From assembly GCA_965202625.1 (NCBI GenBank), contig CBDBBI010000010.1, positions 160,001 through 224,000 of the forward strand: DNA of 64,000 bases, written 5' to 3'. This document shows, in pieces, positions 1-9,570 of this stretch; position 1 is the stretch's first letter; each line of letters starts with the position of its first letter. The position numbers were made by a program, and so were the translations under genes. The stretch comes from a bacterium (GTDB lineage Bacteria > UBA8248). Under the pieces are notes generated by a model. The model did no database searches. It saw only the letters and a program-made list of their open reading frames with translations, and was not told the DNA's origin.

Positions 1-37
1 TCGTTCCCAGGTTTCGTCATCGCCAGAGGGCGCGAAG

Positions 38-802
38 TTGGTATGGGGTAGGTTTCGTCTGGACGGAAAAGCGGCGCTGGTCACGGGAGCGGGCACGGGT
101 CTGGGCGCCGCCATGGCGAGGGGGCTGGCGGAGGCGGGCGCGGACGTGGCCGCTTTGGGGAGGCGGGCGCGCTTGGTGTCCGAGACGGCGCGCCAGATTG
201 AAGGATTCGGGCGTGGGGCGCTCGCCATTTCTGCGGACGTCACCCAGGCGGAGGAGGTGAAGCGTGCCGTGTCCCGAGTGGAGGAAACCTTGGGCGGCAT
301 TGACGTTTTGATTAACGCGGCGGGCGTGCTGAACGCGGACGCGAGCGTGGACGTGTCGCCGGAGGATTTTCGCTTCGTGCTCGACGTGAACCTGACGGGG
401 GCGTTTTTGTGCGCTCAGGCCGTAGGGCGCGGTATGCTGGAGCGCGGCGGGGGCAGCATCGTGAACGTGGGCACCTTTCTGGGTGAGCGGGGGCATCGGC
501 CCGCCCGCGCGGCCTACAACGCGAGCAAATACGGCGTCGTGGGCCTCACAAAGTCGCTCGCGGCGGAGTGGGGCGGCGGAGGCGTGCGCGTGAACTGCAT
601 CTGTCCGGGGGTCCATCGCACGCCCATGCTCGCGCCCGCGCTTGAGGACCCGGCGGTCGAGGAGCGGCTCAAGGAGAAGACGATTCTGGGGCGCGTGGGC
701 GAGCCCGAGGACATCGTGGGTCTGACGGTTTTTTTGGCATCGGACGCATCGGCCTACGTCACGGGCGCGCGCATTTTTGAGGACGGAGGGGGATGGTTGT
801 GA
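38..802 (+). CDS. SDR family NAD(P)-dependent oxidoreductase
   Basis: TGAGTGLG Rossmann motif, INAAG, YNASK (YxxxK) catalytic motif, VRVNCICPG. Confidence 0.9.
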   Translation: MVWGRFRLDGKAALVTGAGTGLGAAMARGLAEAGADVAALGRRARLVSETARQIEGFGRGALAISADVTQAEEVKRAVSRVEETLGGIDVLINAAGVLNADASVDVSPEDFRFVLDVNLTGAFLCAQAVGRGMLERGGGSIVNVGTFLGERGHRPARAAYNASKYGVVGLTKSLAAEWGGGGVRVNCICPGVHRTPMLAPALEDPAVEERLKEKTILGRVGEPEDIVGLTVFLASDASAYVTGARIFEDGGGWL

Positions 803-1530
803 CGCCCGCCGAGAGGCCCGAGCTGGGGGCGATCATCTTTGATTTTGACGGGACTATCGCGGACAGCGAGCCGCTCCATCTGGCGGCGTTCCAGGCGGTG
901 CTCGCGGATGAGTTGGACTTGATCCTCTCCGAGGAAGAATACGCGGAGCGCTACCTTGCCTTCGACGACAGGCTCCTGTTCACGCATCTTTTGCGGGACC
1001 GCGACGTGGCGGTAAGCCCTGAGCGCCTTGAGCAGCTTCTGGAGCAAAAGGAGGCGCGATATCGAGAAATCGCCCTCTCACCCAGAATTCTGCCGGGAGC
1101 GGCTGAAATGATACGGGCGACCTCGGCGTGCTGGCCCCTGGCGATAGCAAGTGGTGCCTTGGGGCATGAGGTGAGGTCTGTGCTGGAGCGGGTAGGTTTG
1201 CTGGATTGTTTCGGGGTCGTCGTGACGGCGGAGATGGTGAGCCGGGGAAAACCGGACCCCGAGAGTTTTCTGGCCGCCCTGGAGCGGATAAACGAAAGCG
1301 GGGAGGAGCCGATACCGGCCCGCTCGTGTCTGGTGGTGGAGGATTCGGTGGCCGGCGTCCGATCGGGCAGGGCCGCCGGTATGAGGACGCTCGCGGTGAC
1401 GACGAGCTATCCCGCCGGGAAACTTGCGATAGCGGATCGCGTGGTGGCGTCGCTTGAGGAGACCGTGGACCCGGGCGCCTTGTCCGCTTGGTTCGCCGCT
1501 TTGCCCGCCGCCTCGCCCGAAGGCGGATAG
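793..1530 (+). CDS. HAD family phosphatase (beta-phosphoglucomutase-like)
   Basis: IFDFDGTIADSE motif I, GKPDPE motif III, VVEDS..G..G..AGM motif IV. Confidence 0.9.
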   Translation: MVVTPAERPELGAIIFDFDGTIADSEPLHLAAFQAVLADELDLILSEEEYAERYLAFDDRLLFTHLLRDRDVAVSPERLEQLLEQKEARYREIALSPRILPGAAEMIRATSACWPLAIASGALGHEVRSVLERVGLLDCFGVVVTAEMVSRGKPDPESFLAALERINESGEEPIPARSCLVVEDSVAGVRSGRAAGMRTLAVTTSYPAGKLAIADRVVASLEETVDPGALSAWFAALPAASPEGG

Positions 1531-1540
1531 GAGACGGAAG

Positions 1541-2071
1541 ATGTCGATTCTGAAGGTAGCCTGCCTGGGTCATCCCGTTTTGCGCGAGAAGGCGCGCGAG
1601 CTCGCGCCGGAGGAGATGCGCGGTGCGGGTTTTGCGGCCCTGGTGGAGGACATGATGCACACCATGGTGGAATATGCGGGCGTGGGCCTGGCCGCTCCAC
1701 AGACGCACCACGGGCTGCGGCTGTTCGTCATGCAGCCCGACCTGAAGGACGAGGAAACGTTGCGCGTGGCTGTGAACCCCAAGGTGACGCCCCTGGGGGC
1801 GGAGGGATGGGAAGGATGGGAGGGGTGTCTCAGCATCCCTGACTTGCACGGACGGGTTCCGCGCAACGATCGCGTGCGCCTTGAGGCCTTCGACGCGCGC
1901 GGCCAAACGTATTCAGAGGAGCTGGAGGGCTTCGCCGCGCGCGTGTGCCAGCATGAATACGACCATCTCGATGGAGTGGTGTTTCTCGACCGGATGCGTG
2001 ATTTCCTCAACCTTTCCTTCGGCGAGGAGTATCGCAGATATCACGCCGGGAGACCCAAGAAAGCCGAGTGA
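1541..2071 (+). CDS. def: Peptide deformylase
   Basis: GVGLAAPQ, EGCLSIP and QHEYDHLDG motifs; ATG at 1541 preceded by AGGAG. Confidence 0.95.
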   Translation: MSILKVACLGHPVLREKARELAPEEMRGAGFAALVEDMMHTMVEYAGVGLAAPQTHHGLRLFVMQPDLKDEETLRVAVNPKVTPLGAEGWEGWEGCLSIPDLHGRVPRNDRVRLEAFDARGQTYSEELEGFAARVCQHEYDHLDGVVFLDRMRDFLNLSFGEEYRRYHAGRPKKAE

Positions 2072-2253
2072 GTTGGCTCGGTGGCCGCGCCGTCCGTTTT
2101 TTCGCTGCATTCCGCAGTCTCCTCTGCGAGGAGAAGCTCCAGTTCCACGCAGCACATGTTGCAGACAGGGCCGTTCCCGTAGGTGGTTTCCTCAAACACG
2201 TGCCCTTGAAACTGGCGATGGCAGTGGGGACACACCCAATCGTAGTAGTTCAT
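2041..2253 (-). CDS. Small putative zinc-ribbon protein (70 aa)
   Basis: ATG at 2253 preceded by AGAAGGAGAG; CPHC-x19-CNMC cysteine pairs and an acidic tail. Confidence 0.55.
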   Translation of the reverse strand: MNYYDWVCPHCHRQFQGHVFEETTYGNGPVCNMCCVELELLLAEETAECSEKTDGAATEPTHSAFLGLPA

Positions 2254-2507
2254 GGCGCTCTCCTTCTGCGGCTTGCTCACTTGATGAAGAGACGTAACCC
2301 CTTGCAGATAATATACGTCTCGCAGCTGCGGCTTCGCCATGCGCGGGGCGCGTTATTTCTGGTGAAATGTCCATATGGATGAGAAAGCGACGCGGATCGG
2401 ACCCTTCCGCTCGCCGCATGGGGCTTAGGGTGGAGCGATCGACGGGAGCGACTCGCTTTTGAATGCCTTGCCGAGGGTTCATCATAAGAAGTATGGAGAC
2501 GCGCTTT

Positions 2508-5500
2508 ATGGACAGAAGCAAGGAAATCCTCTTTGAGGTTTCGAAGGACGCCCTCCTTGTGGCGAACGGCGGCAGTCCCTTCTCCCGCACGGGGGTGATC
2601 AGCGTCTGCGCTTCCCACCTCAGCGACAAGCGGTCGGATGGCGAAGAAAATACCGAGGTAATGGATAATTTTAAGGACGCCAATGGCGAAAATGTCGCCG
2701 ATGACCAACTTATCCAGGCTATTCTTCGCAGGGAGTTGAATACCTATAAAGGAGACCAGAATCGCATCACGTCCGATTTTCGGGGCGAAGATGAAACTAC
2801 TCGGGACTATGGCGGCCGATTCGTCTGGGAGCTTTTACAAAACGCCGACGACGCTATGAAGCCAAAAGGGTCCGGGGGCAATTTCATCGGCTCAAAGGGC
2901 CTGGGCTTCAAGGCGGTGCTGGAAGTCACGGATGAGCCAGAGGTTCATTCATATCCCTTTCATTTCCGGTTTTCCTCGCGGGCAACCCAGGTGCTTTTGA
3001 AAAACGAGAAGTTGAATGATTCTCCGCTTCCCTTGACGTTCCGCATTCCCCATGCGCATGAGCCAGAGCAGAGAATCAAAGAGCTTTTGGAGGAGGGCTA
3101 TGCGACCGTCATTCGTCTTCCGTTTCGGGATGCCAAGCGCGAGAAAAGGCGGTTGATCTGCTGGAAATCTTGGATCCCCTTTTCTTGCTTCTCGTTCACG
3201 AGTTGTCCAGCGTTCGCATCTGCACCTCGGAGGGCGAAACGCTCCACAGGATAGAGAGATGCGAACCGGGGATGTCGAGCGGCGATGCGAAGCTCTTTCT
3301 CCGCAATCTGGATGGTCCAGAGCAGACGACTTCGTGGCGGCGTTGGGTTTGGGTCCAAGACAAGCCGGCCAAAAACGGCAAACGGCTGACAGCGGCGATC
3401 TGTCTCCCGCTGGACGAGCAGAACGCCTCCGTTCCCCATGACAAAGACAAAGATATTCCCTTTCATGTTTTCTTTCCGACCGAGGAAGCAAGCGGAGTGC
3501 GCGCCCTCATCCACGCCTCGTTCGAGCTTGAGCAGAACCGAAAGCACGTCCGGGGCGGCGAACATGACGCCGTTATCATAGAAACGTTCAGCGAATTGTT
3601 TGAGAAAATGCTCAAAGACGATTCCGTTTCGGCTCGGACCGTTTTGGAGGCATTCGGAAAGGTCAAGTCCGATGCTGAGGGCGAAGATGATGAGAAGCCT
3701 CTCCATAAACTCTCGCAAAAAATATGGGATACGCTTTGCGAGGCGCCTTTCGTTCCCGTCATCGGCGGCGAGCGGGTCAAGCCCGCAGATGCGCGGCTTT
3801 GGGAAGACAGACTCGGTTTTGTCCTGCGGGACGATGCCCAGGAGGTGCAGAATGCGCGCCTCCTGGTGCCTGCACTTCGTGATCTGAAGAATATACTTGA
3901 GGGTTTCGGCGCCAAGGGCATTGAATCTAAGGTTTACATTCGCTTGCTCCTCCATTGCCGCAACGACTCGCTCAAGGAGTGTCTCGTGAGTTGGTGTGTG
4001 TTGATGAAGCGTATGTCGAAAATGGATTCTTTGCCCGAAAAAGAGCTGCGAAATATCCCCTGTTGGTGGATCGAGAAATCAGGAGAAGAGTCGGCGCGCG
4101 CGCTCGAGGGAGACCTCCCGCTGCTGCGCGCCCGACCAAAGAATTGGCCCGCCTGGCTGCCGGCTGACGCGCTGCATCCACGCATGAATAAAGCATGGAT
4201 GCGGTGGGAGAAAAAACTAGGCTCCACCAGTGCGAAGCCCGTCCAGACGCGCCTGCTGTGGGGTAATAAGCAGTTTCTTGATAAAGCATTGCTTCCATAC
4301 GTCGCCGAGTGGGACGACGAACGCTGGGATGCCGATGGGTGGAAAGCGTTAGGCCAGATTTCATTCTGGTGGAATAGTCGCAGCAAATTCGGGGACATAC
4401 CGCCGTATGTGCCGTATGTCGAGGACGAAGGCGATAAAGAACGCGCGGAGATAGCAAAAAAGCTGCGCCTCCCCACCGACAAGGGGTGGCTGCCCGCCGC
4501 CGACTGCTACGCCGGAGAGGCGTGGGGCGGGCCTCCGTCGTTTGATGAATTCTTCGCCAAGGCGGAGAAGCGGGGCCTCGTGCTTCCTTTTTCCGAATGG
4601 CGTGATTGTATCCCGAAAGAGAAAAAAGAGGACGAATGGAAATCCTTGCTGCGCTGGGCGGGAGTCTCCTGGGAGCCGAAAGTCCGGAGCGTCAAGTGTC
4701 CTCCGTGCGCGCACGATTTGGTTTCGGAATATAAGGAGGGATACGGGAATAGTGTGCGGTCTCGTCATAGCTACGGAATTGATTATTGGAAACGCGATCG
4801 TTGGAAATACAACTGGGTGGTCGAGTATTTCCCGCAGTGTGTTCAGGGCGCCTATGACGACCGGAAGCCATGGAGCATCATTCGAATGATGCTCCCTCTT
4901 GTGAAGGCCGCAAAAAAATACAAAGCACTCTATAAGTATCATTCACTACATAAATGGAAAAGTTTCGCATCTTATCAGCTTCGACATGAGAAATGGCTGC
5001 CCTGCGAGCCGGGGCTTTTGCATCATGAGAGACGTGTCGCTCCGAGCACCGCTTTCCTGCCGCGCAAGGGCCTGAGCAGAATGTTTCCCGAAGTGGACAA
5101 AAGATGTATCGGCGACGAGGAATGGGATCAGGGTATTGAGAAGGAATTGAGCAAAGCGGGGGTCCAGCGCGAGCTGCCCGATGAGCCGGCGGAGTGGCAT
5201 AAGTGGATGCGCAAGCTTTCGGACTTGCGCAAGCAGTTGAGTGAGAGCGACAAAGACGCCCCTGGGAGCCTGGAAGACGGCAGATTGTGGAAAGCCGCCG
5301 ATGCTCTTTATCGCGGATACCTGAAAATTGATGGAGACAAAGGTTTTCCCGAAGACATCCATGTTCCATGCCGTTCCTGGAATAATGATCGTGAGGTGTT
5401 GGCGTTCTCCCCACCCGAACACGCCTATTACGTCGATGCGCCGGATTTAGAGGAGGTGAAACGGGAGATCGTCAAAAAATATGATCTATTCATCATCTCA

Positions 5501-6862
5501 CTTGATGCGGGTGCAAAGGCGCCTGAGCGGCTGGGAGTTCAGCCGCTCTCCGCGCATTTGAAAGCCAAGCCGCTCTTTGATTTCGTGATAAGCGGGGAGA
5601 CCGAAAAACTTCTTGAGCGCTATCTTGAACGGTGCCAGGGTCTCTCTCTCGCTGCAAAACTGAAAAATCCTCTGCCCGAGGAGCTGTCCCTTGCCGCCGT
5701 GCGGGGGTTGCGGTTGGAGTTGACCGGCAATGGTGAGAACGTGGCCTCGGTTCATGTGTTCTCCTGGAAGCCGGAGGAACGCGAGTTGCTGGTCAATCTC
5801 GACAAAGGCAAAGGCGGGTGGAAGGCGTTAGCACATGGGCTGGCCAGGTGGGTGGCGAAAAAAAAGGAAGCCAAATCTTTATTCGAGCTTCTACTGGGTG
5901 AAGATGACAAGGAAGAATATCTGGACCGTCTCCGCGAGGAAGGAGTAACCGAAGAAGATATAGAGGCTGCATCCGAGAAGTTTCGCGTGAACGGGGTGGG
6001 GGGTGGAAATTCCACTTCTGGGGGACAACAGACGCAGGAATATCGCGACATTCAGGAAGAAGATAGGAATGGGGGGACGGTCTTTAATAATAAGGGCGAC
6101 CAAGGAGAACGGGAGGTTGTCGACCCTCCACCCGGTCCGATGCACGACGGTGGCAACCAGCGAGAGACATACGCCCACGATTCAGGTGGAGGAGGCAGCG
6201 AGGGTGTGAAGTCGGGGTCGCTCTCGCCAGAGACACGCGACGACAATTCGGGTAGAGGGGGCCGAACGCAGGGACCCAACCCCGAAACGGGCAGGACGGC
6301 GGAGGATTGGTTCGAGGAAATACTTCAGGGAAAATTTCCCCAATGCAGGAGAGGTGAGAGAGATGATGGGAACAGGGAGAGTGACTTCGTAATCCCTGGG
6401 GACGCGGAAATTCCTATGGAAATCCATATTGAGGTAAAGCACGCGAAAAGCGGCCCCTGGACGTTCTATTGGTCTGGTGGCCAGTGTGAAAAAGCGCGCG
6501 ACCTTGAGAGGAGTTCCGATAAAAAATACATAATGGCCATCCTCTCTCCTGATGGAGAGAAAAACTATGAGATTCGCTGGATATGGCGTCCCCTTGACCA
6601 ATTGAAGGACATGAAGCGCAATGTCCAATGGAAGGGCGACATCAATTATGAACTGTGCAAAGGAAAGGACTGGGAGGTTACGGGGCCCGATGAGGTTCCC
6701 GTCAAGGGGCACATCTTCCGCATCACGCTGAACGACGCGATGCGCGAAAATCTCCCCCAGGACACAGAGGCACTTGACCGGTTGGGCGAAAAGATTTCTG
6801 AATGGTGCCCAAGGCCGGACTCGAACCGACACGGGGTTGCCCCCACTAGCCCCTCAAGCTAG
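2508..6862 (+). CDS. Sacsin/NOV-like GHKL ATPase with C-terminal DUF3883 (PD-(D/E)xK) nuclease domain; split by one frameshift near 3135-3150
   Basis: ORFs 2463..3254 and 3170..6862 join if one base is added near 3135-3150 (about 1451 aa). Motifs: LLVANGGSPFS, ELLQNADDA, IGSKGLGFKAV, ATVIRLPF, FHVFFPT...LIHASFEL, and C-terminal ETGRTAEDW...SDF...IEVK...FYWSGGQ. GGAG precedes ATG 2508. Confidence 0.8.
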
Positions 6863-6889
6863 CGTGTCTACCTGTTCCACCACTTGGGC
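6803..6889 (-). tRNA. tRNA-Leu (anticodon GAG)
   Basis: Reverse complement GCCCAAGTGGTGGAACAGGTAGACACGCTAGCTTGAGGGGCTAGTGGGGGCAACCCCGTGTCGGTTCGAGTCCGGCCTTGGGCACCA: 87 nt, long variable arm, anticodon stem CTAGC/GCTAG with loop TTGAGGG, GTTCGA T-loop, encoded CCA. Confidence 0.97.
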
Positions 6890-6937
6890 TGAGCCCCTTG
6901 AGCGTCCCCTGTGAGACGAACGTCCAAGGATGCGCTT

Positions 6938-6967
6938 ATATTGCGTCCCGCGGCACTGGGCTGTCAA
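6938..6967 (-). promoter_or_regulatory. Putative sigma70 promoter for tRNA-Leu
   Basis: Minus strand TTGACA-18 nt-CAATAT about 50 nt upstream of the tRNA 5' end. Confidence 0.45.
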
Positions 6968-7072
6968 CGCCCCTCTCCCATCGCTCCTCTCCGTCTGGCG
7001 TCCGAAACCGGCTCGCTCCGCGCCTAATGCGAGGCCGCCGCCGCTCTCCCCCGCCGCCCTGCGTGGATGGCG

Positions 7073-8578
7073 TCACCTGGCGTTTGACTTGGGGTTCATG
7101 GCGTCGCGCAGCCCCTCGCCGAAAAGGTTGAAGGCGAGCATGACGATGAGGATCGCCGAGCCTGGGATGAAGGTGAGCCAGGGGGCGTCGAAGATGTATT
7201 TCTTGCCGTCCGAGAAGATGTTGCCCCAGCTCGCCTGGGGTGGCGGAACGCCGAAACCCAGAAAACTCAAACTCGCCTCAGTCAGAATCGCGCCGGCGAT
7301 GCCGATGGTGGCCGAGACGAGGACGGGTGCCAGAGAGTTGGGGATGAGATAGCGGAAGATGATGAGGCCGTCCGAGCCGCCCGCCGCGCGCGCCGATTCC
7401 ACGAAGGGCTGCTCCCTGAGCGAGAGCACCTCCGCGCGCACGAAGCGCGCGGGACCCACCCAGCCGAGGAGGCCGATGACCACCATGATGATCCAGATGC
7501 TGGGCGTCAGGAGAGCTAGGACGGTGAGAAGCACGAAAAACGAGGGGAAGGAGAGCTGTACGTCCACGATGGTGGTGTAGATCACGTCCACCTTGGGCAG
7601 CCTGACGCGCCGCAAGCGCGCGGTGAGATCGAATTTCCGGTAGAGGAAAACGCAAGTGCCTGCGCCGGCGAGGGTGAGCCACAGATGCGTCCCGCGCCCC
7701 GGGTAGGCGAGGTAGAGGCCCGCCAAAAATACGATGAAAAACGCGACCCCTGCGCCGAATACCGCGCTGAGCGCGGCGCCGTCGAGCGCGTTCTCCTCCG
7801 CGCGCCGGCCCTGCGCCCCGCCGAAGGCGGCGAGTGCGATGAGGGGAGGGGCGCCCAGAAGTCCCTCGCGCCAATCCGGCGTGCGCACGCGCAGGCCAAA
7901 GTCGGAGGTGAAGCTCGTGAACTCGAACGGATCGAATCCGCCCAGCGCCAAGCCCAGGAGCGCGCCAAACGCCATGCCCTCCAGGAACAAGGAGCGTCCC
8001 GCGCCGCGCGCCCATAGCCCCGAGCCCGCGCCTATCGCGCAAAACAGCAAGGCGAGGAATCCCGCCTCGCTCCACACGGCGTAGCCCGTGAGCAAGGCGC
8101 CGAAGGAGCCGAACAGGGGCGATCCGCTGGGCTTGAACTCTCCATAGAATCCGGCGATTCCTCCTATCGCCACTCCAAGAAAGGTGGCGATGCCGATGGC
8201 GACGAAGCCTACGGACATTGAGATGAAGGCACCCTCCAGCATTCTCGCGAATACGTCCCGGCCCAGGTCGTCGGTGCCGAACACGTACACCCCCAGACGC
8301 GGAAGGTTCTCTGCGGGGATCACCTGGTCGTTCGGAGCGGAGAAGGGCGCTTTCAGCTTGTCGGCGAGGCGAACGACGTTGGCGTCGAACAAGGGCTCAC
8401 TCATGAGGGTGGAATTGATGAAGCCGAGCGCGGCGAGCCCGAAGAAGAGGATCAGGAGCGCTCCGCCGCCCATCGCCATCCTGTTGCGCTGCAAATGCCG
8501 CCATACGCGCTGGCGAGGGGTCAACTCCTCTCCCATCTCCTCTATCATCTCTCGCATCTCGTCGCGCGTATCGTTCAT
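7073..8578 (-). CDS. Peptide/nickel ABC transporter permease (OppC/DppC-like) with a large hydrophobic insertion
   Basis: FGTDDLGRDVFAR, RAEVLSLREQPFVESARAAG (EAA loop), EASLSFLGFGV, GEGLRDAMNPK. Confidence 0.9.
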   Translation of the reverse strand: MNDTRDEMREMIEEMGEELTPRQRVWRHLQRNRMAMGGGALLILFFGLAALGFINSTLMSEPLFDANVVRLADKLKAPFSAPNDQVIPAENLPRLGVYVFGTDDLGRDVFARMLEGAFISMSVGFVAIGIATFLGVAIGGIAGFYGEFKPSGSPLFGSFGALLTGYAVWSEAGFLALLFCAIGAGSGLWARGAGRSLFLEGMAFGALLGLALGGFDPFEFTSFTSDFGLRVRTPDWREGLLGAPPLIALAAFGGAQGRRAEENALDGAALSAVFGAGVAFFIVFLAGLYLAYPGRGTHLWLTLAGAGTCVFLYRKFDLTARLRRVRLPKVDVIYTTIVDVQLSFPSFFVLLTVLALLTPSIWIIMVVIGLLGWVGPARFVRAEVLSLREQPFVESARAAGGSDGLIIFRYLIPNSLAPVLVSATIGIAGAILTEASLSFLGFGVPPPQASWGNIFSDGKKYIFDAPWLTFIPGSAILIVMLAFNLFGEGLRDAMNPKSNAR

Positions 8579-9570
8579 AGGCGGATTCTCGGGTCGACGA
8601 TGACCAGCAGGACGTCAGAGATGAACGTGCCGATGACGACCAGGATGGCGGACATGAAATTAAGGCTCAGGATGACGGGGTAGTCCCGCGCCAGAACGGC
8701 CTCGAAACCCATGCGCCCCATGCCGGGCCACGCGAAGATGTTCTCGATGATGACCGAGCCCCCGATCAGTCCGGGCAGAATAAGGCCGAACATGGTGACG
8801 AAAGGCAGCGCCGCGTTTCTCAGGGCGTGCACGTAGTTCACGGTGTTCTCGTCAATGCCCTTGGCGTGGGCCGTTCGGATGAAGTCTGAATCCATCACCT
8901 CGGCCATCTGGCCGCGCACGTAGCGCGAGAGCACGGCGATGCCGCCGATCGCCCCCACGAAGCTGGGCAGTACCAAATGCCAGATGCGATCGTTGATGCG
9001 AAACAAGGGCGAGGCGTCGCTTCTGCCAAAAGTTTCTATCCCCAGAACGGAGACCTCAAGCCCCGGCACCCGGTAGTCGGTGAACGGGATAGGGAACCCT
9101 TGCACCACGGCGATGATGAGAATGTAGGCGAGGAAGAAGCTCGGCATGGATATCATGAGGTAGCTCAGAAAGGTGGTGGAGCGGTCGAAGATGCTGTAGC
9201 GGCGCAGTGCACCGGTGATTCCGAGGGGAAAGGAAAGACCCCAGGTGATGATGGTGCCCACGATGAACAGGGGCAGGCTGATGAGGAAGCGTCGCCATAT
9301 CTTTCCGAAGACAGGCTGGTTGTCCTTGAGGCTCTTGAGTTCGCCGGTGAAGAATTTCTTGTAGAAGCGCCAGTATTGCACGGGAAGCGGCTTGTCCAGG
9401 TCGAAGGCGGCGCGGTAGCGGGCGAGGTCCTCTTTCGTGAAGCGGGGATTGAGGGGGTTAATCTGGCTCGGCTCGCCAGGTGCCAGGTGGATGATCAGGA
9501 AGCTGACGACCGAGATGATGAAGAGCGTCACAAACTTGAACAGCGAGGTTCGGATGATATAGGCGATCAA
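8575..9570 (-). CDS. Peptide/nickel ABC transporter permease (OppB/DppB-like)
   Basis: LDKPLPVQY, DFIRTAHAKG, HALRNA, IFAWPGMG, DPRIR. Confidence 0.93.
   Translation of the reverse strand: MIAYIIRTSLFKFVTLFIISVVSFLIIHLAPGEPSQINPLNPRFTKEDLARYRAAFDLDKPLPVQYWRFYKKFFTGELKSLKDNQPVFGKIWRRFLISLPLFIVGTIITWGLSFPLGITGALRRYSIFDRSTTFLSYLMISMPSFFLAYILIIAVVQGFPIPFTDYRVPGLEVSVLGIETFGRSDASPLFRINDRIWHLVLPSFVGAIGGIAVLSRYVRGQMAEVMDSDFIRTAHAKGIDENTVNYVHALRNAALPFVTMFGLILPGLIGGSVIIENIFAWPGMGRMGFEAVLARDYPVILSLNFMSAILVVIGTFISDVLLVIVDPRIRL

Noticed and set aside
2340-2507. attL direct repeat of the tRNA-Leu 3' end or an integrase marking a mobile island
   Set aside because: No copy of TGGTGCCCAAGGCCGG or similar was found by eye at the left border and there is no recombinase ORF, so no mobile element is called.
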